In this document: piece by piece, positions 19,201 to 30,700 of the stretch
How the letters are laid out: every line of letters starts with the position of its first letter
How positions within the stretch are numbered: the first letter of the stretch is position 1
Assembly (NCBI GenBank): GCA_034667725.1
Contig: JAXDQS010000005.1
Coordinates: 1-64,000 of the forward strand
Source: Thermoplasmata archaeon
GTDB lineage: Archaea; Thermoplasmatota; E2; JACPAO01; JAHFTW01
Length of the DNA: 64,000 nucleotides
Direction: 5' to 3'
Position numbers and translations under genes: made by a program
Notes under the pieces: model-generated
The model's database searches: none
Seen by the model: only the letters and a program-made list of their open reading frames with translations
Told to the model about the DNA's origin: nothing

Positions 19201-19406
19201 GAGCCCGGCGGCGTCTGGCGAAGTCGCTATTCGCGGCGAGGAAGGGGGGGTATAAAATGATGTGGGGCGGTGAGTCCTGTCCGCAAACTGGCGGCGCATC
19301 CTCGTGGCAAGGTCGCGCGGTGCTTGCTTCGCGGGACGGTCTCCCCCCAAACGTTATCGCCCGTCCCTTTCCTCGTCCGGCTGCCCGCGTGGGCCGTGGT
19401 GTCGGA

Positions 19407-22400
19407 ATGAACGCTTCTGCCGTGCTTTGCCTTGCCTTGTGCGCCCTCCTGTCGGCTCCCGGTTTCGTCCCTGTCGGCGCGTTGCCGGTCCAGCTTCCCG
19501 GACGGCTGGCTCCGTCGTCCGGCGCGCTGCTTCTGCCAGCCGTCGCGGACTCGCCGCTCGCCTTCGAGGCGAACCTGGGCCAATGGGACGCGGCCGCCCT
19601 CTACCGGGCCCACGCCTCCGGCTACGAGGTGTTCCTGGCGCCCGCCATGTTCGCCATGGTCCTGCGCGCCCCCGCCCCCGCCCCAGCCCCCGCGTCTGCC
19701 CCCGCCTCCGGCGCGACCCTGCCCGCTCTCCAGGGCTACGCCATCTTCCAGCGCTTCGAGGGCGCCGACCCTGAGGCCCGCGTGACGGCGGAGGCGCCGA
19801 CCGGCTTCGTCACGAACTACTTCGTCGGCGACGACCCCGCCCGCTGGGCAACGGACGTGCCGCACTTCCGCCGCGTCACCTACCACGACCTCTACCCCGG
19901 CATCGACCTCGTGGCCTACGGGACGCCCGACGGGGACCTGGAGTACGACTTCGTCGTCCAGCCCGGCGCCGACCCGTCCGTCATCCGGATGCGCTTCGAG
20001 GGCGCACTCGACGTGCGCCTCGGCGCCGACGGCTCGCTTGCGGCCGTCACGCCCCTTGGCGAGGTCCGCAAATCGCCCCCGGTCGCCTACCAGGAGGACG
20101 GCGCCGACGGGCGCGTCCCGGTCGCCAGCGCCTACCGGCTGGACGCGCTCGGGACCGCCTTCGACATGGGCGCTTACGACCGCTCCAAGCCGCTCGTGAT
20201 CGACCCTTACGTCGCCTACTACTCGACCTACCTCGGCGGCAGCGGCTGGGACTACGGCGAGGACGTCGTGGGCGACGCCTCGGGCAACGCCTTCGTGGTG
20301 AGCACGACCAGCTCCACCAATTTCCCGACCACGGCCGGCGCGTACGACACGGTCGCCAACGGCGGCTCCGACGTGGCCGTCACCAAGATGAACCCCGCCG
20401 GGGGCTCGCTGGGCTTCTCCACCTACCTTGGGGGAGGGGACGTGGACGAGGGCGCGGCCATCGCGCTCGACGGCTCCGGCAACCTCCACATCACCGGCGT
20501 CACGGAGTCGATCGACTACCCGCAGGTCGGCTGGTTCAACGACCCCTACATGTACACCCGGGAGGCGTTCTACGCCAAGCTGGGCCCGGCGGGCAACTCG
20601 CTGCTGTTCAGCGCGCGGCTTGGCAACTCCGGGCAGCACGAGGGCAGCGACATCCAGGTGGACGGCAGCGGCAACGCCTACGTCGTGGGCCACACCACCG
20701 GCGGCACCTTCCCCACGACGGCGGGGGCCTACCGCACGACGGCGGTGGGGGGCTACGACGCCTTCGCCCTCAAGTTCACCTCCGCGGGCGCCTTGGCCTA
20801 CTCGACCTACCTGGGCGGCGCCGGGTCGGACTTCGCCTACGGGGTCGCCCTCGACGGCTCTGGCAACGTGTACATCACGGGCTACACCGACTCGGCCAAC
20901 TTCCCCGTGACCGCCGGCGTCGTCCAAGGCTCCCAGGCGTCCACCTGGTACGAGGCCTTCGTCACCAAGCTCAACGCCGCGGGCAATGGCCTCGTGTACT
21001 CGACCTACCTTGGCGGCACCGACAGCGACACCGGCACGGCCATCGCGCTCGACGGCTCCAACAACGCCTACGTGACGGGCTACACCGGCTCAAACAACTT
21101 CCCTATCACGGCCGGCGCCTACCGCACCGAGCCCGGCTGGGACGACTACGGCTACGACGTCTTCGTCACGAAGCTGAACCCCACCGCCAGCGCCATCGTC
21201 TACTCGACCTATTTCGCCAGCGACGGGTCGCAGGACGACGCGGCCTACGCCATCGACGTGGACGCCTCGGGGAACGCCTACGTGGCCGGCTACGGCTGGC
21301 TCATGCCGGTCAGCGCCAACGCCTTCGACTGGGGCGGCGGCTACTGCTACTATGAGCACGAGTGCAAGGACTCGTTCTTCGCCCTGTTCAACGCGGCGGG
21401 CAGCGCCCTCGCCTACTCGACCCACATGGCGGGGGACTACGTCGACTCGGCCCAAGGCATCGACGTCGTCAACGGCATGGTCTTCGTCGCGGGCTACGCC
21501 AACAACGTGGGCTATCCGACCATCGCCGGCGCCTACCAGGCCAGCCCCCCGGCCTTGGGCAACGGCGTCCTCACCGCCTTCACGGACGACCTGACGCCGC
21601 CGTCGGCGCCCACCGTCTCCAGCTCGACCCACCCGGTCCAGACGGCCTACGGCGGGGCTTCGGTCACGATGTCGTGGAGCGCCACCGACAACACGGCGGT
21701 CAAGGGCTACAGCTACGACCTCGTCACCTCCACCTTCCCGCCGCTCGACGACGTGCAGGACTCCTCCACCGCAGGCAAGGCCTACTCCGGCGTCGCCACG
21801 GGGACCTACATCTTCCGCGTCAAGGCCGTGGACAAGGCGGGCAACTGGGGCCCCGCCTCCAGCTACACCGTCAACGTGGACGGCACGGCGCCCGCCCTCA
21901 CCGCGGTCCTCAGCCCGACCCATCCGGACTCCGCGGCCTGGTCCACGGCGACGACGGCCACCTTCGTGTGGAACGCCACCGACAACCACAGCGGCATCGA
22001 CGGCTTCAGCCTCGACCTGGTGACGTCCGCCACCCCGCCCGCCTTGGACAGCACCAAGGACGTCGAGGAGACCATCCTGACCAAGACCTACACCGGCCTT
22101 GCCTCGGGCACGCACACCTTCCGCATCAAGCCCCGCGACAACGTGGGCCTGTGGGGAAGCGTCGTGAACTATGCCGTGAAGGTGGACGTCACGGCCCCCT
22201 CGCAGCCGACCGTCTCCTCCCCGACGCACGCCGCGGGCGTCTTCTCGCCGGCCACCACCTTCACCGTCAACTGGGGCGCCACCGACGCCCACAGCGGCAT
22301 CGACGGCTACAGCTACGACCTGGTGACGGGCACGAGCCCGCCCGCCTTGGACACGGTGATGGACGTCGAGGAGACCACCACGACGGACACCTTCGCGTCC

Positions 22401-22919
22401 CTCGGGCCGTTCGCGGAGTACACCTTCCGGGTCCGCGCCGTGGACAACCTGGGCAACTGGGGGCCCGTGCGCACCTTCACCTTCGGCGTGGACACCGTGG
22501 CCCCGGTCATCACCTCGCGGTCGCCCACCCCGGGCACCACGACGGCGGCAGTGTACGCCCCCGTCGTGGTCGGCTACGCCGACGAAGACCTGGGGCTTGA
22601 CCCATCGCCCTCCAAGACCGTGGTGAACCCTGCGAGCGTGCAGTTCCTGGTGGACGGCCGCGACGTCCGCGCCGACTGGGCCGGGTTCTGCGCCCCCGCG
22701 CAGCCCAACGTCCCGTGCTCCTTCACGTTGACCTCCTCCGGCGTCGCCTGGCAGCCGCTCCTGCCTTGGCTCCCGGGGCAGCACACGGTGCACATCTCGC
22801 TCACGGACACGGCGGGCAACACGCTCGTGTCGCAGTGGGGCTGGACGCAGGTGGCGGCGCTCCCGAGCCCGCTGCCGAGTTCGCTGCCCGTGGTGCCGGG
22901 GCCTGGGAGCCTCACGTAG
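19407..22919 (+). CDS. Secreted SBBP (beta-propeller) repeat protein with C-terminal Fn3/Ig-like domains
   Basis: Signal peptide; FEANLGQW N-domain, PLVIDP, repeated YSTYLGG..D.G..IA.D.SGN.YVTG.T.S.NFP; FRVKAVDKAGNW Fn3-like repeats. Confidence 0.9.
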   Translation: MNASAVLCLALCALLSAPGFVPVGALPVQLPGRLAPSSGALLLPAVADSPLAFEANLGQWDAAALYRAHASGYEVFLAPAMFAMVLRAPAPAPAPASAPASGATLPALQGYAIFQRFEGADPEARVTAEAPTGFVTNYFVGDDPARWATDVPHFRRVTYHDLYPGIDLVAYGTPDGDLEYDFVVQPGADPSVIRMRFEGALDVRLGADGSLAAVTPLGEVRKSPPVAYQEDGADGRVPVASAYRLDALGTAFDMGAYDRSKPLVIDPYVAYYSTYLGGSGWDYGEDVVGDASGNAFVVSTTSSTNFPTTAGAYDTVANGGSDVAVTKMNPAGGSLGFSTYLGGGDVDEGAAIALDGSGNLHITGVTESIDYPQVGWFNDPYMYTREAFYAKLGPAGNSLLFSARLGNSGQHEGSDIQVDGSGNAYVVGHTTGGTFPTTAGAYRTTAVGGYDAFALKFTSAGALAYSTYLGGAGSDFAYGVALDGSGNVYITGYTDSANFPVTAGVVQGSQASTWYEAFVTKLNAAGNGLVYSTYLGGTDSDTGTAIALDGSNNAYVTGYTGSNNFPITAGAYRTEPGWDDYGYDVFVTKLNPTASAIVYSTYFASDGSQDDAAYAIDVDASGNAYVAGYGWLMPVSANAFDWGGGYCYYEHECKDSFFALFNAAGSALAYSTHMAGDYVDSAQGIDVVNGMVFVAGYANNVGYPTIAGAYQASPPALGNGVLTAFTDDLTPPSAPTVSSSTHPVQTAYGGASVTMSWSATDNTAVKGYSYDLVTSTFPPLDDVQDSSTAGKAYSGVATGTYIFRVKAVDKAGNWGPASSYTVNVDGTAPALTAVLSPTHPDSAAWSTATTATFVWNATDNHSGIDGFSLDLVTSATPPALDSTKDVEETILTKTYTGLASGTHTFRIKPRDNVGLWGSVVNYAVKVDVTAPSQPTVSSPTHAAGVFSPATTFTVNWGATDAHSGIDGYSYDLVTGTSPPALDTVMDVEETTTTDTFASLGPFAEYTFRVRAVDNLGNWGPVRTFTFGVDTVAPVITSRSPTPGTTTAAVYAPVVVGYADEDLGLDPSPSKTVVNPASVQFLVDGRDVRADWAGFCAPAQPNVPCSFTLTSSGVAWQPLLPWLPGQHTVHISLTDTAGNTLVSQWGWTQVAALPSPLPSSLPVVPGPGSLT

Positions 22920-23553
22920 CGGCGTCCGGGACGCTCCAGGCCGCCAGCACCTGGGCCTCGCCGGCGTAGTTGACGCGCCGGACGTGGTTGCCCGCCTGCG
23001 GGCTGTACCAGGCGTGCTGCAGCGTGGCCCCGTTCGGCGTCCTCACCCAGGTCTCGACGGCGGCGAAGGCGCCCGCCGGCGTCGCGACAAGGCTCCAGCC
23101 GCCGACGGTGGAGTTCGACGGGATGGCCTGGGTGTAGCCGTTGCTCGAGGTCAGGGTGCAGGTGTAGGAGCGGTTCACGAGCGGGAAGACCTGGCCCTGG
23201 GGACAGTCGGACCAGCTGCGCAGGACGCCTTGGTCCTCGATGCGGCCGAGGGTCGCCGCGTCGAACCACGCCACCTCCCGGCGGCCCCCGTAGGCGGGCT
23301 CCGGCCGGGAGTTGTCGAACCGGACGCGGTACGCCTCGAAGCCGCGCCGGGCCTCGGCCGCCTCGACGGTCCAGTTGGACCAGGAGCCGTCGTCGAGCAG
23401 GTAGGACCACGACTGGCCTGGGACCCAGACGGGGACCGGGACCTCGCCGGTCTTCGGGAACGGCGGCGGCGCGGACGGCCCCGTGGCGAGGCAGCCGGCC
23501 AGGAGCGGCAGCACCAGCAGGACCAGCAATGCCGCCCGGCGCTCAGAAGTCAT
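22912..23553 (-). CDS. Lipoprotein of unknown function
   Basis: Lipobox LLAGC; beta-rich, V.TPAG.F and WYSP..G motifs; overlaps the upstream giant gene by 11 nt. Confidence 0.8.
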   Translation of the reverse strand: MTSERRAALLVLLVLPLLAGCLATGPSAPPPFPKTGEVPVPVWVPGQSWSYLLDDGSWSNWTVEAAEARRGFEAYRVRFDNSRPEPAYGGRREVAWFDAATLGRIEDQGVLRSWSDCPQGQVFPLVNRSYTCTLTSSNGYTQAIPSNSTVGGWSLVATPAGAFAAVETWVRTPNGATLQHAWYSPQAGNHVRRVNYAGEAQVLAAWSVPDAAT

Positions 23554-26500
23554 GCTCGAAGAAGGTCTTGCTCCAGGTGTGGTCGCCGATGTCGGGCAGC
23601 AGGTGGACGGGGACCTGCACGTCGATGGGCAGGCTCCAGCCGACGACCGGGGGCACCACGCTCAACACCGTCACCGGAAGCGAGGTGTAGGCCGAGGAGC
23701 CGCCGTAGTCCTTCTCCTGCAGCCCGACGCTGGCGATGTCGCCGCTTTGCGCGAAGCCGAGGACGTAGGAGGCGATGTCGCCGCTGAGGCCGATCTTGAG
23801 CGACTTGACGAGCCACTCCTTCACGGTCTTGGACTTGATGAAGTCCGCGACCCAGTCTGAGACGGCAAGCCCGATGTCCATCCCTTCCGCGAAGGCGGCC
23901 ACGCGCTCGTCGATGTCCAGCAGGTGCAGGCCCGCGCCGACCTCCTGGTGCTTGTGGTCGTCGTTCGGGTCCCAGAACTTGTGGCTGTACGACTTGGTCT
24001 GGTGGGTGCGGTAGTAGGCCTCCGCCTTCAGGTTGATGGCCCAGCCGTTGCTGTCAGCGGTGGCCTTGCCCTGCGCGGGCGGGTTCTGCTTGCCCTTGCC
24101 CGAGGCGTCGGTCTTCTTGTCCTCCGCCGAGAAGGGCGCGCACGGGACGAGGCTCATGTAGCGGCCGCGCTCCGGCTGGGCGCCCGCGACGTCGGACTTC
24201 GACTCCCAGTTGGTGCGGAAGTAGCTGTAGTAGCTGCCCGTGGCCGGCGCCGACTCGGTGTTCTGGTCGAACACCTTGTGGGTCCAGCCGGGGACCTGGT
24301 TGGCCGTGTTGAACAGGGCGTTCTTCTGCCACACCACGTCGGACCAGAGGGTCGTGCTGCTGCCGTCGGGCTCCTCGCGCTTCTTGATGTAGAGCGTGTC
24401 CATCTCCTCCGGGGAGAGGTAGACGAAGGCCTCGTAGCCGTGCAGGTCGGTCACCATCCCTTCGTTGTCCACCTGGCGGTACGTGATGGTGCGGTACATC
24501 ATGTCGTAGTCGTCGCGGTTGCGGTCCACCCAGAGGGTCCACATGAGCTCGCCCGGGTTGTCGGCGCCGTTGTTGACGACGATGTCCGAGTCCGCGCCAG
24601 GGTAGTGGGTGTCCGTGCCGAGGAACAGGCCGCGGGCGCCGAGGTTGCGGTCGGTGATGGTGAACGAGTTGCGCCCCTCCTGGAGGTAGTTGACGGGGAT
24701 CTCGAAGCCGAGCGACTCGTGCGCGGTGCTGCTCCAGGAGCACGGCTCGAAGTCCAGGATGGGCACGCCGTTGACGGCCAGCGTGTGCGAGTAGGTCGTG
24801 TCCGCGGTGCAGCCGGAGGACTTCGCCAGCACCGAGAGCCATGCCTGGGAGACTCCTTCGTGGGCCTGGGCGTGGTACTCGAAGTACTTCGTCATGCGGT
24901 CGTTGGCGCCGCGCGCGAGGTGCTCCGTGTTGCGCTCCTCGTCGTCCAGGCTGTAGCTCGACCAGGACTGGCCCGCGGCCACGTCGTGGACGAACTCCGA
25001 GGTGATCTCGGTGAAGGTGTCCGCCTCGGGCGACAGCTCCTCGTCGGGCGTGTCGTCCCCGACCACGCGCACGTTGTCGAGGTACCAGCCCTCGTAGTCG
25101 TTGTGGTTGGCGTCCCCGCTGTCGAAGTGGAACTGGATGCGGACGTCCTGCCCGGCCTGGTTGGCCAGCGAGTAGCCGCGGCTCTCCCACTGCTGGGCCG
25201 GGTGGGACAGGGGCGCGAAGGTCTGGAGGGGCACGCCGGTCGCGGACAGGATGCTCACCGTCTTGGCGTCGTAGGAGCGGCCGGGCTCGGTCTGGTACCA
25301 CGAGTCGAAGACCAGGTACGGGTCCGAGGCGGGGACCGTGAAGACCGGGCTCACGGCGCTGCCGACGGTCTGGGCGCCGGTCGCGTAGGTGCCCTCCGGC
25401 TCCTTGCCGTACCAGAGGGACTTGGCGCCCACGTCGGCGCGGCGGCCCGTCTGGTCCCAGAGGCCGTCGAGCACCCAGCCGTCGAGCGCCCCCTCGAAGC
25501 CTTCCTCCAGCTCCGGCAGGGGAACGGCCGGGACCTCGATGGTGATGTCGGCGCGGGGCGACCAGCCGCTGGCAAGGTCGCCGCCGTCGATGGCGCGGAC
25601 CCGGACCGAGAAGCGCGCCGCCGAGGCCCAGGTGTGCGCCGCGTTCACGGTGGCGCCGGACGGGGCCGTGGCGGTGCGGCTGGTGGTGCCGTCGCCCCAG
25701 TCGAACTCGTAGGCCAGGCTGTCGCCGTCCGGGTCGGTGGCGGCCGCGGCGAAGGTGTAGGGCGCCTCCGTCTGCCCCAGCGTGGGCCCGGAGGGCACGC
25801 TGGGCGTGGCCGGGGCGCCGTTGGAGGCCGAGACGGTGACGGCCTTGTAGGGGCTCCAGCCGCTCGCGCCGCCGCCGACGTCCTCTGCCATGACGTAGAC
25901 GTAGTAGGTGCCGCCGAAGGCCCAGGAGTGGGTCGCGGACAGGGTGGAGCCGCTGGTGGCGAACGAGGTCCAGGTGGTCGCGCCGTCGCCCCAGTCGAAC
26001 ATGTAGCGCACGTTGTCGCCCTCGGGGTCGGTGGCGCTGGTCGAGTAGGTGTACGACGTGGCGGGGAGCGCGATGGCGACGCCGGTGGGCGCGGACGGGG
26101 CGGCGGGCGCGCCGTTGGGGACGTTCATCGTGTAGTACAGGGTGTAGTCGCCCGCGGTCGAGCCGGAGTAGCCGCGCACGCGCAGGAAGTGGTAGCCCGT
26201 GACGGCGGGGGTGTAGGAGAGGCGGAAGTTGTTGCCGTCGCCGCTGTCGTCGTCGGCCGCCTGCTGCGCGTGGCTGCTGTCGTAGAGGTGCGCGAAGGTG
26301 TCCGTGAGGCCGGTCGCGTAGAAGGTGTAGGTGTTCGACGAGGTGGCGTAGAAGCGGTAGTAGTCCTCGTCCCCCGCGGGCTGGAGGCTGTGCGCCTGGC
26401 TCTGCAGCGAGGTGGTCGGGGAGAGCGCGACGTACTCGGAGAAGCCGTTGTCGGGCTCGTAGGAGTCGCCGGTGCTGCCGCCGGTGTGGGCCTCGTAGAC

Positions 26501-27715
26501 GTAGAGGTCGTCGCGGACGCTCGTCTCCCAGGCGCCGACCGAGGAGCCGGCGGTGGTGTCCGTGAACTCGACGCGGACGCCGGGCGCCCCCGAGAACAGC
26601 GAGGTCGTCACCGTCGTCGAGGAGGCGTCCACGGCGGCCGTGTACTCGCTGCCGAGCACCGTGAGGCGGAAGGCGTGGGAGGTGGTGCCGCCGTTGTTGA
26701 ACACCAGCGTCGTCGAGGTGCCGGCGCTGTCGGTCAGCTGGATGCGGTTGTTGAACGGCTCGAAGCCGAGGCGGACCCACTTGGCGCTGTCGTCGGAGCG
26801 CACCAGGGTGAAGGAGGGCTTGGCGACCCAGGCGCCGCCGGCCACGTTGCGCGCCATCTGGACGGTGGCGTCGACGCCGGTGCTGGAGGAGAACGCCTGC
26901 GGGATGAGGGTGCTGCGGACGTAGGCCTGGGTCTCCTGCGTCTCGCGGACGGACATCTGGAGCCGGGCGCTGGTCTCCGCCACGCCGTAGCCCGCGTTGA
27001 TGACGGTCCACTTCGTGGGGGCGAGGCTGTTGTCGTTGAAGTCGTCGGAGAACAGCAGCGCGCCAAGGGTGGTCGCGCTGGCTTGGACCTGGGGGAGCGC
27101 GACGGGGCCGACGAGCTGCTTGAGGGCCGCCATCCGGGCGCTTGCGTTCTCGGCGGCGCTCTGGAGGGGCCGCAAGGCGACCTCAGGGACGGCGGCAAGG
27201 CCGGCCCGGTAGAGCTCGTTGAGCCGCTCGCGGGTCGCCGGGTCGGTCAGGCTGGCCGACGAGGTGGAGGCGGCGCCGATGCCGCCGGTGCTGCCTTCGA
27301 TGCGGGTCTCCACGTCCTCCATGCTGGAGGTATGGTAGAACGCGCGCGTCGGCAGGGGGCCCTCCTGGAAGCCGATGTCCTCCAGGGGCACGTCGTCGAA
27401 GTCCACCAAGGGGAGGATGCCCGAGTAGAGCTGCTGCTTGTACGTCTCCAGCCGCTCGTCCAGCATCGCCGCCAGCGCGTTGGCGCGCAGGCTGGTGAGG
27501 GTGTCGGGCAGGCCGAGCGGGATGCCGGCCTGGCGCAGCGCCTCGTCCGCGGAGGCCCATGTCTGCGAGACCGTGCCGGTCACTTGGGTGGTGCTGGGCG
27601 TGAGGGTCGTGACGCCGCCGCCCAGGGAGGCGGGGACGGCCAGCGCGACGCACAGGAGGATCGCCAGCAAGCCCTTCGTTCCGGACGCCTTGCGTCCACG
27701 CAACCAGCCACGCAT
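23543..27715 (-). CDS. Giant secreted multidomain protein (lectin-like, PPC-like, two PKD, jelly-roll modules, unique C-terminal domain)
   Basis: Signal peptide; FSDDFND, DSYEPDN..DEDYY, TDPEGD..FDWGDG twice, EGFEG..WYLDNVRV. Confidence 0.85.
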   Translation of the reverse strand: MRGWLRGRKASGTKGLLAILLCVALAVPASLGGGVTTLTPSTTQVTGTVSQTWASADEALRQAGIPLGLPDTLTSLRANALAAMLDERLETYKQQLYSGILPLVDFDDVPLEDIGFQEGPLPTRAFYHTSSMEDVETRIEGSTGGIGAASTSSASLTDPATRERLNELYRAGLAAVPEVALRPLQSAAENASARMAALKQLVGPVALPQVQASATTLGALLFSDDFNDNSLAPTKWTVINAGYGVAETSARLQMSVRETQETQAYVRSTLIPQAFSSSTGVDATVQMARNVAGGAWVAKPSFTLVRSDDSAKWVRLGFEPFNNRIQLTDSAGTSTTLVFNNGGTTSHAFRLTVLGSEYTAAVDASSTTVTTSLFSGAPGVRVEFTDTTAGSSVGAWETSVRDDLYVYEAHTGGSTGDSYEPDNGFSEYVALSPTTSLQSQAHSLQPAGDEDYYRFYATSSNTYTFYATGLTDTFAHLYDSSHAQQAADDDSGDGNNFRLSYTPAVTGYHFLRVRGYSGSTAGDYTLYYTMNVPNGAPAAPSAPTGVAIALPATSYTYSTSATDPEGDNVRYMFDWGDGATTWTSFATSGSTLSATHSWAFGGTYYVYVMAEDVGGGASGWSPYKAVTVSASNGAPATPSVPSGPTLGQTEAPYTFAAAATDPDGDSLAYEFDWGDGTTSRTATAPSGATVNAAHTWASAARFSVRVRAIDGGDLASGWSPRADITIEVPAVPLPELEEGFEGALDGWVLDGLWDQTGRRADVGAKSLWYGKEPEGTYATGAQTVGSAVSPVFTVPASDPYLVFDSWYQTEPGRSYDAKTVSILSATGVPLQTFAPLSHPAQQWESRGYSLANQAGQDVRIQFHFDSGDANHNDYEGWYLDNVRVVGDDTPDEELSPEADTFTEITSEFVHDVAAGQSWSSYSLDDEERNTEHLARGANDRMTKYFEYHAQAHEGVSQAWLSVLAKSSGCTADTTYSHTLAVNGVPILDFEPCSWSSTAHESLGFEIPVNYLQEGRNSFTITDRNLGARGLFLGTDTHYPGADSDIVVNNGADNPGELMWTLWVDRNRDDYDMMYRTITYRQVDNEGMVTDLHGYEAFVYLSPEEMDTLYIKKREEPDGSSTTLWSDVVWQKNALFNTANQVPGWTHKVFDQNTESAPATGSYYSYFRTNWESKSDVAGAQPERGRYMSLVPCAPFSAEDKKTDASGKGKQNPPAQGKATADSNGWAINLKAEAYYRTHQTKSYSHKFWDPNDDHKHQEVGAGLHLLDIDERVAAFAEGMDIGLAVSDWVADFIKSKTVKEWLVKSLKIGLSGDIASYVLGFAQSGDIASVGLQEKDYGGSSAYTSLPVTVLSVVPPVVGWSLPIDVQVPVHLLPDIGDHTWSKTFFEHDF

Positions 27716-27786
27716 AGGCGCGGCAGGCGGGCGTCACGTTATCAGTTTTTGCGAAACCTTGTCGAATCTTCCCTCCCAACCGGCCC

Positions 27787-30700
27787 TCAGACCGGCCCCG
27801 GGCCGGGGAGGGCAGGGGCGGGGGCGGAGTCGTCCTCGAACGCCCAGGACCAGTCGAGGGCGCGCAGGTTGCCCGCGGCGTCGCGGACCTCGAAGTGGAT
27901 CTGGTGCACGCCCGGCGTCCACAGGATGGGTTGGTAGGCCAGCAGGGTGTCGCTGAGGGTGAACACGCACAGGGGACTCAGCTTGGCGCACGCGGGGGCC
28001 CAGTCGCTGCGGATGTCCACGCCGTCCACCAGCAGGAGCGCCGTGGCAAGGACGATGGGGGTCAGCGCGGGGGAGCCGGTGTCGGCGCCGCCGTCCTCGT
28101 CGCCGAACTCGACGATCAAGGTGGGGCGGGCGGTGGCCAGCACGTTGGTGTCCACGGCGACGGTGCCGGTGGGCTCGTAGGCGACGATGTCGGGCGCGAT
28201 CGCGTCGATGTTCACCGCGAAGCTCTGCACGGGGCCCCAGTTGCCGGTGTTGTCCACGGCGCGGACCCGGAAGGTCCAGGTGCCGAAGGTCCCCAGGCCG
28301 GGGTAGCTGGCGCTGGTGGTGGTCTCCTCCACGTCCTTCACCGTGTCCAAGGCCGGCGGGCTCGTGCCCGTCACCAGGTCGTAGCTGTAGCCGTCGATGC
28401 CCGAGGTGGCGTCGCTGGCGGACCAGTGGAGCACCGGCGAGGCGCTGGGATGGTAGGCCGCCGGGCTGGGGTGGGTGCTGGACCAGACCGTCGGCAGGGT
28501 GGGCGCGGTGGCGTCCACCTTGAGCACGAAGGGGCCCGCGACGGGGCCGAGGTTGCCCGCCGCGTCCTTGGCGCGCACCGTGAAGTACCAGGTGCCGTCG
28601 GTGCGGGTGCCAGGCTCGTAGAAAGTGTCGGTGGTGTCCACGATGCTGTCCGGGACGGCGCTGGAGGAGGTGCCCAGGTTCCGGCTGTAGCCCGCGAAGG
28701 GGCTCGTGCCGGGCGTGGAGGCGGTCCACTCGAAGCGGGGCGTGGCGTCGGTCTGCCACGTCGAGGCCGGCAGGGCGGCCCCGCCCGCGTTGGCAAGCGC
28801 CGTCAGGCCGGTCACGGTCTCCGCCTGGTTGTCGTAGCGGATGCGGAAGGCCTGCACCGTGGCGGTGTTGCCGACCCGGTCCTTGGTTTCGAGGGTGACG
28901 TGGTTGTCCCCTTGGTGCAGCGCGGCGGCCGAGGCCTGGAACGACGGGCACCAGCTGGTCTGCTGGCCGCTGAACGGCTGGGTCGGCAGGGCCGTTGCGG
29001 CGAGGTAGTCCGAGCCGCCTGCGCTGCTGCCCACCCAGTAGCGGACGGTGTTGGCGAGGCCGCTGAAGGTGTCGAGGAAGCAGACGCCGCTCAAAGTGGG
29101 GTTGAGGTTGGTCCAGGCCGTGTCGATCGGGGTGGCGCCGCTCACGGTGGGCGTCAAAGTGTCGTACTGGACGACCCACGCCGCGTTGGCGATGCCGTGG
29201 TTGCCCGCGCGGTCGGCGGCGTCCACGTTGACGTAGTTGCGGCCTTGGGAGAGGGTCGTGAGGGTCCACGACGGCGTCCAGGCGGCCGTCTGGCCGTCGG
29301 TGGGCTGCACCGGCATGAGGGTCGAGGCGACGTAGTCGCTCCCGCCGCTGCTGCTGCCCACGGTGTAGCGGACGTCCGCCCGGAGGCCGCTGTAGGGGTC
29401 CTGCCATGACTGCCCGTCGAGGGTGGGCGGCGTGCCGGTCCAAGGCAGCGTCGTCGTGTAGGGGACGGCCGGCGACTGCAGGTCGCACGGGCTGCGTGCG
29501 ACGGTGGCGGAGACGGCGCCTTCGCCGAGCGAGTTGACGGCCGACACGCGGTAGGTCAAGGCCGACGTCTGGTAGGTTGGGACGTCGGTGTAGAAGGTGG
29601 TAACGGAGGTTCCGACCTGGGCGAAGCTCACGCCGTCCGGGCTGCGGTAGACCCGGTAGGAGGTGATGGAGGAGCCGCCGTTGCCGGGCGCGGTCCAGGA
29701 GAGGGCCGTGCCGTGCGGCGAGCCGCAGGAGCCCAGGAGGCCGGTCGGGGTGCCGGGCACGGTGGGGGCGCTCACCTTGGCGACGACCGCGTCCGCGCCG
29801 CCGGGCCGCGTGGTCTGGTAGGCGCCGGCGGTGGTGGGGAAGGTGCCGCCGTCCACGTAGCCTGCCATGTAGGCGTTGCCGGAGCCGTCCACCGCGACGC
29901 CGTAGCCGTATTCGTTGTAGACGTTGCCGCCCAGGTAGGTGGAATAGGCGAGGGTGCCCGTGCCGGTCACCTTGGCGATGAAGACGTCGGAGTAGCCGCC
30001 GCCGAAGGACTGGTACGACCCGTAAGTGGGGAAGTCCGACGACTTGGCGGAGCCCGTCACGTAGGCGTAGCCGCTGCCGTCCACCGCGATGCTGTGCGCC
30101 TCGTCGTCCGAGCTTCCGCCCATGTAGGTGGAGTAGCCGAGGCCGTTGCCGGCGGCGTTGAGGCGCAGGACGAAGGTGTCGTAGCCGCCCGACTTGGTGC
30201 CCTGGAGCGCCCCGCCGGTCACGGGGAAGTTGGTCGAGCTGGTGTAGCCCGTCACGTAGGCATTGCCCGAGGAATCCACCGCGATGTCCTGCGGATAGTC
30301 GTAGCCGCTCCCGCCGACGTACGTGGAGTAGGCGACCCCGCTGCCCGCGGCGTTGAGCTTGACGACGTAGGCTTCGTAGCCGCCGTTGTGGGTCGTGTCG
30401 TAGGCGCCCGCCGTGACGGGGAAGGACGAGAAGTCGGTCACCTGGCCGGTGACGTAGGCGTTGCCCGAACCGTCGAGGGCGATGCTGTTGCCGCAGCCGG
30501 AGCACCCGCTGTAGCCAAGGAGGGTGGAGTAGACGAGGGCGGTGCCGGTGGGGTTCATCTTCGTGACGAACTCCTCGCTGACCCCGCCGGTGCGGTACGC
30601 CCCGGGCGTGGTGGGGAAGTAACCGCCCGAAGTGCCCGTGATGTAGGCGTTGCCCGAAGCGTCGACGGCGATGGCGCCGGCCTGGTCGGTCCCCCAGTCG

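Noticed and set aside
23924-27937. Long antisense ORFs (also 93-1733, 48879-51713, 54785-58123)
   Set aside because: Shadow frames of GC3-biased genes with no recognisable motifs
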